The notes under the pieces are model-generated. The model saw only the letters and a list, made by a program, of their open reading frames with translations. It was not told where the DNA came from and made no database searches. Of a stretch of 64,000 nucleotides of DNA, positions 50,563-62,799 are shown in pieces (the stretch's first letter is position 1; every line of letters starts with the position of its first letter). Origin of the DNA: a virus. Its lineage: Duplodnaviria; Heunggongvirae; Uroviricota; Caudoviricetes. The stretch lies in the IMG/VR virus record IMGVR_UViG_2703718819_000007; one strand, written 5' to 3'. The position numbers and the translations under genes were made by a program.

Positions 50563-51174
50563 TTTTATATTATGCCAACGGAGCGTAGCAGTGTTTCTAT
50601 ATATAGTACGCCTACCTTAATTTTCAAATAATCATGATTAATGAGCAGGTCATCAGTGCAAGCAATGACCTGCTCATCTTGTTGAAATTAGAGGAAATCT
50701 TGCAGCCATGATATGGCTTAAAATAACGTTTGATTATTTTACCTGCTGTTTGTCCCTGGTTTAAAGTCGGTTGTCTGATTTGATTACGCGCAACTGACGC
50801 TTACGTATTGAAGTAACGAGCACGAAGACACATATTTATCAGTGCCTGTATACGTCAAGAGCAGGAGATTTATGTGCTGGTTCTCAAATGCACGCTGGCT
50901 ATTGTGGCTGTAATGGCAATTTATTGTCTTGTTATTGTTCTTATGGATCACCTTTCTGATTGATTTCATATTGGCGAGGTAACGGTAGTTAAGTAGAATG
51001 GCTGCGGGTGCTTGAGGCTATCTGCCTCGGGCATGAACACCAACGGCAGATAGAGAAAAGCCCCAGTTAACATTACGCGTCCTGCAAGACGCTTAACATT
51101 AATCTGAGGCCAATTTCATGCTAGACACATGTAGGTTAGCCTCTTACGTGCCGAAAGGCAAGGAGAAGCAGGCT

Positions 51175-51330
51175 ATGAAGCAGCAAAAGGCGATGTTAAT
51201 CGCCCTGATCGTCATCTGTTTAACCGTCATAGTGACGGCACTGGTAACGAGGAAAGACCTCTGCGAGGTACGAATCCGAACCGGCCAGACGGAGGTCGCT
51301 GTCTTCACAGCTTACGAACCTGAGGAGTAA
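51175..51330 (+). CDS. hokD: Hok/Gef-family membrane toxin (51 aa), with in-frame upstream extension
   Basis: MKQQKAMLIALIVICLTVIVTALVTRKDLCEVRIRTGQTEVAVFTAYEPEE. Confidence 0.85.
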   Translation: MKQQKAMLIALIVICLTVIVTALVTRKDLCEVRIRTGQTEVAVFTAYEPEE

Positions 51331-51398
51331 GAGACCCGGCGAGGGAGAAATCCCTCGCCACCTCTGATGTGGCAGGCATCCTCAACGCACCCGCACTT

Positions 51399-51425
51399 AA
51401 CCCGCTTCGGCGGGTTTTTGTTTTT
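51399..51425 (+). terminator. Rho-independent terminator after hok
   Basis: cccgc-ttcg-gcggg hairpin plus T-run. Confidence 0.7.
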
Positions 51426-51546
51426 ATTTTCAACGCGTTTGAAGTTCTGGACGGTGCCGGAATAGAATCAAAAATACTTAAGTAGCGCGCAGGGATAAGA
51501 GGGATGGTCCCTTAAAGGGGAGAGCTAATTATCCGGAAGGATTCTG

Positions 51547-51798
51547 ATGATGAACATCGAAGAACTGCGTAAAATTTTTTGTGAAGATGGCCTCTATGCT
51601 GTGTGCGTTGAAAATGGAAACATTGTTAGTCATTACCGCATTCTGTGTTTGCGAAAGAATGGGGCTGCGTTAATTAATTTTGTGGATGCTCGGGTCACGG
51701 ACGGATTTATCTTGCGCGAAGGTGAGTTTGTCACTTCATTACAGGCACTGAAAGAGATCGGAATAAAAGCAGGCTTTTCAGCTTTTGCAGAAGAATAA
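51547..51798 (+). CDS. Hypothetical protein (83 aa)
   Basis: ORF with GGAAGG RBS-like sequence. Confidence 0.4.
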   Translation: MMNIEELRKIFCEDGLYAVCVENGNIVSHYRILCLRKNGAALINFVDARVTDGFILREGEFVTSLQALKEIGIKAGFSAFAEE

Positions 51799-51864
51799 AC
51801 TCATCTACAATCTTGCGCGGGGCTGAACTCCCGCTGAGTAACACCGTGCCACCGGAGAAAACCG

Positions 51865-52143
51865 ATGGCACGCAACGTAAAATATTACAATTCTGATAAT
51901 TCGCCCGTTCTTGTCTGCACGCACGAGCGGTATTCTCACGCATTCAAGTCTGAATGGTTCCAACACCCTCCATGCACTGAAGAGCAGGCTGAATGGATAA
52001 TTCAGTGTTACCGCAGGCGCGGATACGAGGTTAAGAAAGCCCTTAGCCTCGACTACCGTCACTGGATAATCTCAGTCAGATTGCCTTACTCCGAACGCCC
52101 ACCACGTGCGTCCCGCACTTTCCAGCAACGGATCTGGAGGTAA
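51865..52143 (+). CDS. Hypothetical protein (92 aa)
   Basis: ORF. Confidence 0.35.
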   Translation: MARNVKYYNSDNSPVLVCTHERYSHAFKSEWFQHPPCTEEQAEWIIQCYRRRGYEVKKALSLDYRHWIISVRLPYSERPPRASRTFQQRIWR

Positions 52144-53194
52144 CGTGCGGGTATTACTTAGACCTGTTCTGGTGCCTGAGCTTGGGCTGGTGGTCCTTAA
52201 GCCGGGCCGTGAATCCATACAGATATTTCATAATCCTCGAGTGCTGGTGGAACCGGAACCAAAAAGCATGCGTAATCTGCCATCCGGAGTCGTTCCTGCC
52301 GTTCGCCAGCCGCTGGCGGAAGACAAAACATTGCTGCCGTTTTTTAGTAACGAACGGGTGATTCGTGCTGCTGGCGGCGTTGGCGCATTGTCTGACTGGC
52401 TATTACGTCATGTTACATCCTGCCAGTGGCCTAATGGCGATTACCATCACTCTGAAACAGTCATTCACCGTTATGGTACCGGCGCAATGGTGTTGTGTTG
52501 GCACTGCGACAACCAACTGCGTGACCAGACATCGGAATCACTGGATCTGCTTGCTCAACAAAATCTGACAGCATGGGTGATTGACGTCATCCGTCACGCA
52601 ATAAGCGGTACGCAGGAACGTGAATTATCTCTGGCTGAATTATCCTGGTGGGCGGTCCGCAATCAGGTGGCGGACGCGCTACCGGAAGCGGTATTACGTC
52701 GTTCGCTGGGATTACCAGCGGAAAAAATCTGCTCGGTGTACCGCGAGAGCGACATCGTACCGGGAGAGCAGACCGCCACCAGCATATTGAAACAACGCAC
52801 AAAAAATCTTGCACCGTTGCCTTACGCCCACCAGCAACAAAAACTACCACAGGAAAAGACGGTGGTAAGCATCACCGTTGATCCAGAGTCTCCGGAATCT
52901 TTCATGAAGCTGCCTAAACGTCGCCGCTGGGTTAAGGAGAAATACACACGTTGGGTTAAGACACAGCCGTGTGCTTGCTGCGGTATGCCAGCCGACGATC
53001 CGCATCATCTGATTGGTCACGGGCAGGGCGGAATGGGAACAAAAGCACATGATCTCTTTGTGTTGCCTTTGTGCAGAAAGCATCACAACGAGCTGCATAG
53101 GGATACAGTGGCATTTGAAGAGAAGTATGGCTCCCAACTGGAGCTGATATTTCGTTTTATCGATCGCGCGCTGGCAATTGGCGTACTGGCGTAA
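52106..53194 (+). CDS. DUF968 (YdfU-like) prophage protein with C-terminal Cys/His cluster
   Basis: CACCGMPADDPHHLIGHGQGGMGTKAHDLFVLPLCRKHHNELH. Confidence 0.6.
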   Translation: MRPALSSNGSGGNVRVLLRPVLVPELGLVVLKPGRESIQIFHNPRVLVEPEPKSMRNLPSGVVPAVRQPLAEDKTLLPFFSNERVIRAAGGVGALSDWLLRHVTSCQWPNGDYHHSETVIHRYGTGAMVLCWHCDNQLRDQTSESLDLLAQQNLTAWVIDVIRHAISGTQERELSLAELSWWAVRNQVADALPEAVLRRSLGLPAEKICSVYRESDIVPGEQTATSILKQRTKNLAPLPYAHQQQKLPQEKTVVSITVDPESPESFMKLPKRRRWVKEKYTRWVKTQPCACCGMPADDPHHLIGHGQGGMGTKAHDLFVLPLCRKHHNELHRDTVAFEEKYGSQLELIFRFIDRALAIGVLA

Positions 53195-53207
53195 GTGGAG
53201 AACGAGC

Positions 53208-53960
53208 ATGAACCTTGAAGCCTTACCAAAATATTACTCCCCAAAATCTCCAAAATTGAGCGATGACTCTCCAGCGACAGGCACCGGTTGTTTAACAATT
53301 ACGGATGTAATGGCAGCGCAGGGGATGGTGCAGTCGAAAGCACCACTTGGGTTGGCCTTATTTCTGGCAAAAGTTGGTGTTCAGGACCCTCAGTTTGCGA
53401 TTGAAGGCCTGCTAAATTACGCGATGGCACTGGATAACCCGACATTGAACAAATTGAGTGAAGAAATCCGGTTACAGATTATTCCTTACCTCGTGAGTTT
53501 TGCCTTTGCTGATTACTCCAGGTCTGCGGCAAGTAAGGCTCGCTGTGAGCATTGTTCAGGTACGGGATTTTATAATGTATTGCGCGAAGTGGTGAAACAC
53601 TACAGACGCGGGGAATCTGTAATCAAGGAAGAATGGGTGAAGGAACTATGTCAGCATTGCCATGGTAAGGGCGAAGTCAGCACAGCGTGCAGAGGGTGTA
53701 AGGGTAAAGGGATTGTTCTGGATGAAAAAAGAACCCGGTTTCATGGCGTACCGGTATATAAGATTTGTGGGCGTTGTAATGGAAACCGGTTTAGTCGTTT
53801 ACCGACCACGCTGGCACGACGTCATGTCCAGAAGCTGGTACCAGACCTGACCGATTATCAGTGGTATAAGGGGTATGCGGACGTCATTGATAAACTGGTA
53901 ACAAAGTGCTGGCAGGAAGAAGCATACGCGGAAGCGCAATTGAGGAAGGTGACGAGATAA
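53208..53960 (+). CDS. Late-gene antiterminator Q
   Basis: [20 protein letters not shown]...; Cys-rich zinc-binding region CEHCSG...CQHCHGKG...CRGCKGKG...CGRCNG. Confidence 0.75.
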   Translation: MNLEALPKYYSPKSPKLSDDSPATGTGCLTITDVMAAQGMVQSKAPLGLALFLAKVGVQDPQFAIEGLLNYAMALDNPTLNKLSEEIRLQIIPYLVSFAFADYSRSAASKARCEHCSGTGFYNVLREVVKHYRRGESVIKEEWVKELCQHCHGKGEVSTACRGCKGKGIVLDEKRTRFHGVPVYKICGRCNGNRFSRLPTTLARRHVQKLVPDLTDYQWYKGYADVIDKLVTKCWQEEAYAEAQLRKVTR

Positions 53961-54066
53961 ATGATTTTTGCTGAAGATGGCGACATGATGTTTGCATTTT
54001 TCAAAAAACATGGATAAGATTTTCTCAACGATGGGCTTTGTGTATCCGACGTTTAGAAAAAAGTAG

Positions 54067-54092
54067 AAAACCCGCTGATAAGCGGGTTTTTG
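54067..54092 (+). terminator. Hairpin terminator downstream of Q (tR'-like)
   Basis: cccgc-tgataa-gcggg followed by T-run. Confidence 0.55.
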
Positions 54093-54096
54093 TGCT

Positions 54097-54325
54097 TTAA
54101 ATGGGGCAATAGAGATATTGAATCTCATCCCGGGATAAACATTGGGAGTTGAAGGTCCACGCGAACCATTTATCCGGCAAAATTCCACGCGTAATCCTGT
54201 GGTAATTTCTTCTGCATCTCGAAGATTGAGAGCTGAAACGTGAAGCTGGGCATCGATACGCCATCGGATGGGAATATAAGACCTTTGCTGCTTTTGTAGT
54301 CAAAGTTTTTGACAATTCCTGTCAT
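54097..54325 (-). pseudogene. CspF/CspH-like cold-shock gene remnant, frameshifted
   Basis: Manual translation [16 protein letters not shown]... then out of frame; [17 protein letters not shown] found in a second frame (ORF 53799..54188). Confidence 0.4.
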
Positions 54326-54635
54326 TTTAGGGGACAGAAAAACTCCTTAATACTGATAACCTGGTGCACCATACACACGTTCCTGGAGAAAACTACTTTG
54401 TTGATAGGGTTGAAGGTGTCTGGATGTCTAAAATAAACATTGCTTCATATGTTCAACTATGAGTTAATGACTGCGTCGGTTTGAAGAACAGACGATATAC
54501 GAAGTAGTTTACTAAAGCAGTTCTCATTTCAGGTGTTATTCACTTATTCCTTCTTTGAGTCTCTCCAATTAAGTACGAAGTCGTTTCTGTTATGCAAACC
54601 ATTTATGCCGAAAGGCTCAAGTTAAGGAATGTAGA

Positions 54636-54851
54636 ATGTCAAATAAAATGACTGGTTTAGTAAAATGGTTTAACGCTGATAAAGGTTTCGGCTTTATTTC
54701 TCCTGTTGATGGTAGTAAAGATGTGTTTGTGCATTTTTCTGCGATTCAGAATGATAATTATCGAACCTTATTTGAAGGTCAAAAGGTTACCTTCTCTATA
54801 GAGAGTGGTGCTAAAGGTCCTGCAGCAGTAAATGTCATCATTACTGATTAA
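54636..54851 (+). CDS. cspB: Cold-shock protein (CspA family)
   Basis: [38 protein letters not shown] (RNP1/RNP2 motifs). Confidence 0.85.
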   Translation: MSNKMTGLVKWFNADKGFGFISPVDGSKDVFVHFSAIQNDNYRTLFEGQKVTFSIESGAKGPAAVNVIITD

Positions 54852-55133
54852 AATTCATCGCTCGTCTGTATACGATAACGAAGAAGGCTGATGCCTGAGT
54901 AGAGATACGGACAGAGTAGTGAATATTGGATTTCTTTAATAAAAATTAAGGAGGTCCAATACATGAAACAATGGCCAGCATATTTGGCAAAATCTTAATC
55001 AGGAAAAGTATGCTAACCATTGTGGTGAAGTGCAGGTTTGCTGCATGAATAGTTTTACAGCAGAAGCTAACTGCTGGCATGGCAAAACAAAGTGCGTAAG
55101 TGGATGACTCCCACAAAAAGCACCACAATCTCA

Positions 55134-55157
55134 AACCCGCTCAGGCGGGTTTTTTAT
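55134..55157 (+). terminator. Rho-independent terminator
   Basis: cccgc-tcag-gcggg plus T-run. Confidence 0.6.
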
Positions 55158-55213
55158 TATCTGCTTTAAATATATTATTAAAATATAAAAATACTTGTTA
55201 CTAATAAAATCAA

Positions 55214-55384
55214 TCAGGCTACAGCTTTAAGATTTGTCTGGAATACTTTGTTGCAATGAGGGCAGATCAAAAGGGCACCTTTTTGTACTCTTGAAAAACT
55301 GTGTTCTGACTCTTGGGTGCAGTTTGGGCAGGAACATTTAACGAGATAATTACGGCGTGATTTTGAGTCTTTACGTTCTGACAT
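55214..55384 (-). CDS. Small zinc-ribbon protein (two CxxC pairs)
   Basis: CSCPNC...CPHC. Confidence 0.4.
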   Translation of the reverse strand: MSERKDSKSRRNYLVKCSCPNCTQESEHSFSRVQKGALLICPHCNKVFQTNLKAVA

Positions 55385-55603
55385 AGGCTTTTCCTGTATA
55401 AATGGCCGTATACAGTACACTAAATATGAAAACATTTCTCGTATTATTATTTTATATATGACTTTCTTTCAAAATAATTACTCACATTTTTAATGTGTAT
55501 GTTTCTTTAGCGCCGTTGAGAACAACGTGTGCTGTCAAAACTACCCCGTAGACTCCGATCTTTTCAAACATATTGCACCATCCGTGTACATCGGGGTGAG
55601 GAT

Positions 55604-55819
55604 ATGAAATCAATGGATAAGTTAACAACAGGTGTTGCCTATGGCACATCGGCGGGTAATGCTGGTTTCTGGGCATTGCAGTTACTCGATAAAGTAACTC
55701 CGTCACAGTGGGCTGCAATCGGTGTGCTGGGTAGCCTGGTTTTTGGCCTGCTGACGTATCTGACAAATCTTTATTTCAAGATTAAAGAAGACAGGCGTAA
55801 GGCTGCGAGAGGAGAGTAA
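55604..55819 (+). CDS. Lambdoid holin (S-like, dual-start MKSM motif)
   Basis: [28 protein letters not shown]...[22 protein letters not shown]. Confidence 0.85.
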   Translation: MKSMDKLTTGVAYGTSAGNAGFWALQLLDKVTPSQWAAIGVLGSLVFGLLTYLTNLYFKIKEDRRKAARGE

Positions 55820-55823
55820 TCCA

Positions 55824-56131
55824 ATGACTCAAGACTATGAACTGGTTGTGAAAGGAGTCCGTAATTTTGAGAATAAAGTTACGGTAACTGTAGCCTTACA
55901 GGACAAAGAACGCTTTGACGGTGAAATTTTTGGCCTGGATGTCGCCATGGACCGTGTTGAAGGAGCTGCGCTGGAGTTTTATGAGGCAGCAGCCAGAAGG
56001 AGCGTCCGGCAAGTCTTCCTGGAAGTAGCAGAAAAATTGTCAGAAAAAGTTGAGTCTTATCTGCAGCATCAGTACTCCTTTAAGATTGAAAATCCTGCCA
56101 ATAAGCACGAGCGTCCTCATCATAAATATAT

Positions 56132-56135
<4 letters not shown>
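55824..56135 (+). CDS. DUF1327 (YdfR-like) protein
   Basis: Position between holin and lysozyme. Confidence 0.6.
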
Positions 56136-57159
<1,024 letters not shown>

Positions 57160-57520
57160 GGTAATATTAAATCGGAACATTTACATCGCGGAATGTAAAA
57201 TTTAAATAAAAAGGACTCTTCCATGAGCCAAAATTCCTGAAATCTTAAGGGTAAGATAAAAGGTCTTAATCAGAATGACACGTTTTATTAATAAATAAAG
57301 CTATTCTTTCATTGCTGTGTTTTTCTTTACAAAAGTAATCCTTGCTATGGGTGGTTAATCATGCGTTAATGGTGTTCTGGTTTGTTACAAATTTATCTGA
57401 AGCAGTCATTGTTATAATTTTATTATTTGTACCTCTTGAGATTTCCTTGTTGGTTTTTCTCTCTGATATTTTTTTCGGACCATTCTGCCCAAGGGCTAAT
57501 TTCTTCAAAAGGTAATAATT

Positions 57521-57733
57521 ATGTCTAACAAAATGACTGGTTTAGTGAAATGGTTTAACCCTGAAAAAGGTTTTGGTTTCATCACGCCGAAAGATGGCAG
57601 CAAAGATGTGTTTGTCCATTTCTCAGCAATTCAGAGCAACGATTTCAAAACATTAACTGAGAATCAGGAAGTTGAATTTGGTATTGAGAACGGACCTAAA
57701 GGTCCTGCCGCTGTTCATGTAGTGGCGCTTTGA
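57521..57733 (+). CDS. cspI: Cold-shock protein (CspA family)
   Basis: [45 protein letters not shown]. Confidence 0.85.
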   Translation: MSNKMTGLVKWFNPEKGFGFITPKDGSKDVFVHFSAIQSNDFKTLTENQEVEFGIENGPKGPAAVHVVAL

Positions 57734-57938
57734 GGTAGACAATATTACAAACCATATTCACTTTAGATGCCCGTGTTGTCATGGTTCCCAGTATAGAACA
57801 TCATCTTTTGATGTTTCTGACATGAATCCTTTCGGGGCAAAATGTATCTTTTGTAAATCAATGATGATTACATTTGATAATATTTCACAATACTTAAATG
57901 CCAGCCGTCTGTCGTTGGATTTAAAAAAGTGAAAATGA

Positions 57939-57961
57939 AGGCTCCTTCGGGAGCTTTTTTG
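57939..57961 (+). terminator. Rho-independent terminator after cspI
   Basis: gctcc-ttcg-ggagc plus T-run. Confidence 0.7.
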
Positions 57962-58004
57962 CTTGGTGTCTATTCGATGGATACTCACATACTACGGTAA
58001 CATC

Positions 58005-58235
58005 ATGAAAAAAATCATAGTTTTTTTTAACTCTGAACCAGCAGTGGTAGTGCCAGCGATGACTGGAGTTAACACCATCATGCGTGAATATCCAAATGGC
58101 GAAAAAACACACCTTACTGTAATGGCCGCAGGGTTTCCATCTCTGACCGGAGATCATAAAGTCATTTATGTAGCCGCGGATCGACATGTCACTTCAGAAG
58201 AAATTCTGGAAGCAGCAATAAGGCTCTTGAGTTGA
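58005..58235 (+). CDS. YnfN-like small prophage protein
   Basis: MKKIIVFFNSEPAVVVPAMTGVNTIMREY... Confidence 0.5.
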   Translation: MKKIIVFFNSEPAVVVPAMTGVNTIMREYPNGEKTHLTVMAAGFPSLTGDHKVIYVAADRHVTSEEILEAAIRLLS

Positions 58236-58403
58236 TTTGATGCTATTGCATTGATAATTCAGGAAAATTCTCTTTGTCTGTTTGTGTAAAATTTAGACTA
58301 TCGTATGTTGATTATTGCGATGTTTCATCTTATCTTTTACACGTTTGCACCATATAATCGACTTACTGTGTAACTGGAAAGTCATAACAGACTAAAAGAG
58401 GAA

Positions 58404-58580
58404 ATGATGAATATTGAAGACTTAAAAACAAAAGCAGAAGCAGATATTTCTGAATATATAACAAAAAAAATTATTGAACTTAAGAAAAAGACCGGGAAAG
58501 AAGTTACCAGTATTCAGTTTACCGCACGGGAAAAAATGACGGGTCTTGAAAGCTATGATGTCAAGATTAATTTAATCTGA
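58404..58580 (+). CDS. gnsB: GnsA/GnsB-family small protein (57-58 aa)
   Basis: MNIEDLKTKAEADISEYITKKIIELKKKTGKEVTSIQFTAREKMTGLESYDVKINLI. Confidence 0.75.
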   Translation: MMNIEDLKTKAEADISEYITKKIIELKKKTGKEVTSIQFTAREKMTGLESYDVKINLI

Positions 58581-58731
58581 TGTATTCAATAATAAAATTT
58601 ATCCATAAACCTCGTTTTTACGGGGTTTTGTTATATTTGAATGGTTCCGAATATCTAAATCACAATTGTTGATGGTTTTTATTAAACCAATGCAGTCCGG
58701 CTCAGGAGTGAGAGAAGCCGGACGTTATGGT

Positions 58732-59142
58732 TTAGCGTGGTAAGATCTGTGTAGTTTTCTGGATGCTTTCAGTAAATAGTAATGAGTTATCAAAGGCATA
58801 GTAATATCTTTGGTGTTCCTGGATATTTGTAACCCATCGGAAAACTCCTGCTTTAGCAAGATTTTCCCTGTATTGTTGAAATGTGATTTCTTTTGATTTC
58901 AACTTATTATAGGAGGTCTCTATAAGATGTTTGTTTCTGGAGAATTTAACATTTACAACCTTTTTGAGTCCTTTTACTAACACTATGTTGTCGTTTTCTA
59001 ACACAATGTGAATATTATCTGTGGCTAAATAGTAAATATAAAGTGAGACATTGTGACGTTTTAGCTCAGAATAAAATAATTCACAGTTTAAATCTTTACG
59101 CACTTGATCGAATATTTCTTTAAAAATGGCAGCCTGAGCCAT
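58732..59142 (-). CDS. DUF1398 (YdfO-like) protein
   Basis: [43 protein letters not shown]. Confidence 0.6.
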   Translation of the reverse strand: MAQAAIFKEIFDQVRKDLNCELFYSELKRHNVSLYIYYLATDNIHIVLENDNIVLVKGLKKVVNVKFSRNKHLIETSYNKLKSKEITFQQYRENLAKAGVFRWVTNIQEHQRYYYAFDNSLLFTESIQKTTQILPR

Positions 59143-59442
59143 TGGTAAACCTTCCATGTGATACGATAGCGCGTAGTTTGCATTATCGTGTTTATTGTTT
59201 CAATCTGGTCTGACCTCTTTGTGTTTTGTTGATGATTTATGTCAAATATTAAGCCTGTTTTTAATGAATAGTGTTGATTGCGTAACAAAGTTGAGCCTTG
59301 CTGGCATCCAGGAGGGATATGCAACCGACAGATGTATGTAAGGTCGATGTACTCAAACTTTCATACTTTTCCTCTTTTATGCAGAAAGATTTGAAGTAAT
59401 ATTTTAACCGCTAGATGACGAGCAAACGCATGGAGCGACAAA

Positions 59443-59649
59443 ATGAATAAAGAACAATCTGCTGATGAACTCTCGTTGGATCTGATTCGTGTAAAAAATA
59501 TGCTTAATAGCACCATTTCTATGAGTTACCCGGATGTTGTAATTGCATGTATAGAACATCAGGTGTCTCTGGAAGCATTCAGGGCAATTGAGGCAGCGTT
59601 GGTGAAGCACGATAAGAATTCGAAGGATTATTCCCTGGTGGTTGACTGA
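59443..59649 (+). CDS. Hypothetical small protein (68 aa)
   Basis: ORF. Confidence 0.35.
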   Translation: MNKEQSADELSLDLIRVKNMLNSTISMSYPDVVIACIEHQVSLEAFRAIEAALVKHDKNSKDYSLVVD

Positions 59650-59989
59650 GCACCATAACTGCTAATCATTCAAACTATTTCACCTGTGACAGAGTCAATG
59701 TCGCATTCTGTCACTGTCATGCTAATACAGAGCTGCAATTCAACTACTGCAATGTCCTCGTAATTAGGTGAATTTACAATATCGTCCTGTTCGGATGCCG
59801 GCTGCATTGCTGAAGATGAGGCATTTATGGTTCGCATATTTTCCCCTCATGCTCGTCAGTCCTGTGCGTAGGAAGAAACAGGACACTCACACTAATTTGT
59901 GTGGGCATGCTGTGATGTCCTTCTGAATTATTCCTATGCCATTATGTAAAGCGCTGTATCAGATGCTCGTCACGGCTGTCAGGCTGTCG

Positions 59990-60080
59990 GGTCCTCCCGG
60001 TGGGGCCCCTGCCACGGGGCGGGAGCGTCGCGGAAAAAGGCTAGTTTTTGAAATTTTATTCGTCATCACCACTACTGTAA
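59990..60080. other. cos-like packaging site (cosN/cosB region) upstream of the terminase small subunit
   Basis: ggggcgggagcgtcgcgg...tttttgaaatttt...ttcgtcatcacc resembles lambda cos (GGGCGGCGACCTCGCGG...TTTATGAAAATTTT...TTCGTCATAACT). Confidence 0.5.
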
Positions 60081-60202
60081 TTGATTGATATTACAGTTGT
60101 TTTATTTTTATGGTGTCGATTCTGATTGTTTTTTGTTCATCACTAACACCGTTTGCCTAAAGTTGTTCGCAAGATGCATGTTTAAAACATTCTGGAGCGG
60201 GT

Positions 60203-60697
60203 ATGGATCGAGAGTTAAAAAATCTGACGCTGAATATCAGTCAACTGGCGGCATTGTCAGGTGTACATCGCCAGACTGCTGCGGCAAGGCTGCAAAATCT
60301 ACCCGTTGCAGGGGGGCATGAAAGCAACCTCAAGCTTTATCGGGTGGTTGATATTGTGTCGGCATTTCTGGCATTACCACCGCCGGTTGCAGAAGGCGAA
60401 ATGGACGCGCATGAGCGCAAAGCCTGGTATCAGTCTGAACGTGAGCGTCTTAAGTTCGAACAGGAAACGGCACAACTCATTCCGGCCAGTGATGTCAGAC
60501 GGGAGTTTGCCATCTGGGCAAAAGCGGTCGTGCAGGTGCTGGAGACATTACCGGATATTCTTGAACGTGACTGCGGTCTGCAGCCTGCCGCTGTGAGCCG
60601 TGTTCAGTCCATTATTGATGATCTGCGCGATCAGATAGCCCTGCGGGTGACTGAAGCAGGTGCGGATGATGAGGAGGAATTACAGCAGGAGGAGTAA
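60203..60697 (+). CDS. Terminase small subunit (Nu1-like)
   Basis: N-terminal HTH-like LNISQLAALSGVHRQTAA; immediately upstream of large terminase, downstream of cos. Confidence 0.7.
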   Translation: MDRELKNLTLNISQLAALSGVHRQTAAARLQNLPVAGGHESNLKLYRVVDIVSAFLALPPPVAEGEMDAHERKAWYQSERERLKFEQETAQLIPASDVRREFAIWAKAVVQVLETLPDILERDCGLQPAAVSRVQSIIDDLRDQIALRVTEAGADDEEELQQEE

Positions 60698-62799
60698 TGC
60701 TGAATCAGGAAACCGCAAAGGCAGCACGAACCGATTCAGGTTATATCCTTCGCGCACCGAGACGAATGCGGGTTGCTGATGCCGTTGCTCAGTATATGCG
60801 GGTGCCCATGGGGGCAGGGAACTCAGTCCCGTGGGATCCGCTGGTGGCACCGTATGTTATTGAGCCTATGAACTGCCTGGCCTCGCGTGAATACGACGCA
60901 GTGATATTTGTTGGCCCGGCACGAACCGGCAAGACTATCGGCCTGATTGACGGCTGGGTGATTTACAACGTGATTTGCGATCCTGCTGATATGCTGATCA
61001 TTCAGATGACGGAGGAAAAAGCCCGCGAACACTCCAAAAAACGACTCGCCAGAACGTTTCGCGTCAGCCCGGAAGTGGTCAGTCGCCTGAGTCCGAACAA
61101 AAATGACAACAACGTTTATGACAGAACATTCCTTGCTGGCAACTACCTGAAAATCGGCTGGCCGTCAGTCAATATCATGTCTTCATCAGATTATAAATGC
61201 GTGGCGCTGACGGATTATGACCGTTTTCCGGAAGATATTGATGGTGAGGGGGATGCCTTCTCTCTTGCCTCAAAACGTACCACCACATTTATGTCCAGTG
61301 GTATGACGCTGGTGGAGAGTTCCCCCGGCAGGGATGTGAAGGATGTGAAATGGCGACGGACTTCACCGCATGAGGCTCCACCAACCACGGGGATCCTGTC
61401 GCTCTATAACCGTGGCGATCGCCGTCGCTGGTACTGGCCCTGTCCACACTGTGGTGAGTATTTTCAGCCCTGCGGCGATGTGGTTGCTGGTTTCCGTGAT
61501 ATTGCCGATCCTGTGCTGGCAAGTGAGGCGGCTTATATTCAGTGTCCTTCCTGTTCAGGACGGATTTTGCCTGAACAAAAACGCGAGCTGAACGGACGTG
61601 GGGTCTGGTTACGGGATGGTGAATCCATCAATGCAGATGGCAGTCGTTATGGTGATCCCCGGCGTTCACGTATTGCGTCATTCTGGATGGAGGGGCCGGC
61701 AGCTGCTTATCAGACACTCTCGCAACTCGTTTACAAACTGCTTACTGCAGAACAGGAATACGAGACAACCGGAAGTGAAGAGACACTCAAGACGGTTATC
61801 AATACCGACTGGGGATTACCTTATCTTCCCCGCGCCAGCATGGAGCAACGAAAAAGTGAATTGCTTGAGCAGCGGGCAGAGCCAGTTCCTTCCCGCAGTG
61901 TGCCGGATGGCGTTAATTTCCTTGTGGCGACAGTGGATGTGCAGGCGGGACGTCATCGCCGTTTTGTGGTTCAGGTAACGGGCTATGGCAGCCGTGGCGA
62001 ACGCTGGATTATTGATCGTTACAACATCACGCAGTCATTGCGCGGTGACAGCGACGGGGAGAGCCAGCGAATTGATCCGGCCAGCTATCCGGAAGACTGG
62101 GATGTCCTGCTGACGGATGTTTTTCATAAAAGCTGGCCGCTGGCCTCCGATCCTTCTCAACAAATGCGACTGATGGCAATGGCGGTGGACTCCGGCGGTG
62201 AAGACGGGGTCACTGATAATGCCTATAAATTCTGGCGTCGTTGCCGTCGTGATGGCCTTGGTAAACGTATTTACCTGTTTAAGGGCGACAGCATCCGGCG
62301 CGCAAAACTGATCACCCGTACATTCCCTGATAACACCGGACGAACGGGCCGACGGGCGCAGGCCGCAGGTGATGTACCGCTCTGGCTTCTTCAGACGGAT
62401 GCCCTGAAAGACCGGGTGAATAACGCGTTATGGCGTGACTCGCCAGGTCCCGGCTATGTGCATTTCCCTGACTGGCTGGGGAGCTGGTTTTACGACGAAC
62501 TGACGTATGAAGAGCGGAGCAGTGACGGGAAATGGAGTAAGCCGGGTCGCGGTGCCAACGAAGCTTTTGACCTGATGGTGTATGCCGAGGCTCTGGTCAT
62601 TCTGCATGGATACGAAAAGATCCGCTGGCCGGATGCACCGGAGTGGGCGAGCCGGGAAACCTGGCTGGAGTGTGTCCCGGACAGTACCGAACCGTCACCC
62701 ACACCGGAACCGGTATCCACGCCTGTTAAAAAACAAAAACGGAAGAAAACAGTAACTGACGATGTTAACCCCTGGCTGACTTCCGGAGGATGGTTATGA
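60697..62799 (+). CDS. Terminase large subunit (lambda gpA-like)
   Basis: Walker A-like VGPARTGKT; CPHCGEYFQPCGD zinc-ribbon-like motif as in gpA; 700 aa. Confidence 0.85.
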   Translation: MLNQETAKAARTDSGYILRAPRRMRVADAVAQYMRVPMGAGNSVPWDPLVAPYVIEPMNCLASREYDAVIFVGPARTGKTIGLIDGWVIYNVICDPADMLIIQMTEEKAREHSKKRLARTFRVSPEVVSRLSPNKNDNNVYDRTFLAGNYLKIGWPSVNIMSSSDYKCVALTDYDRFPEDIDGEGDAFSLASKRTTTFMSSGMTLVESSPGRDVKDVKWRRTSPHEAPPTTGILSLYNRGDRRRWYWPCPHCGEYFQPCGDVVAGFRDIADPVLASEAAYIQCPSCSGRILPEQKRELNGRGVWLRDGESINADGSRYGDPRRSRIASFWMEGPAAAYQTLSQLVYKLLTAEQEYETTGSEETLKTVINTDWGLPYLPRASMEQRKSELLEQRAEPVPSRSVPDGVNFLVATVDVQAGRHRRFVVQVTGYGSRGERWIIDRYNITQSLRGDSDGESQRIDPASYPEDWDVLLTDVFHKSWPLASDPSQQMRLMAMAVDSGGEDGVTDNAYKFWRRCRRDGLGKRIYLFKGDSIRRAKLITRTFPDNTGRTGRRAQAAGDVPLWLLQTDALKDRVNNALWRDSPGPGYVHFPDWLGSWFYDELTYEERSSDGKWSKPGRGANEAFDLMVYAEALVILHGYEKIRWPDAPEWASRETWLECVPDSTEPSPTPEPVSTPVKKQKRKKTVTDDVNPWLTSGGWL

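Noticed and set aside
50784-50969. Minus-strand 61-aa ORF upstream of hok
   Set aside because: Sits in the expected hok/sok regulatory leader with no RBS; likely spurious
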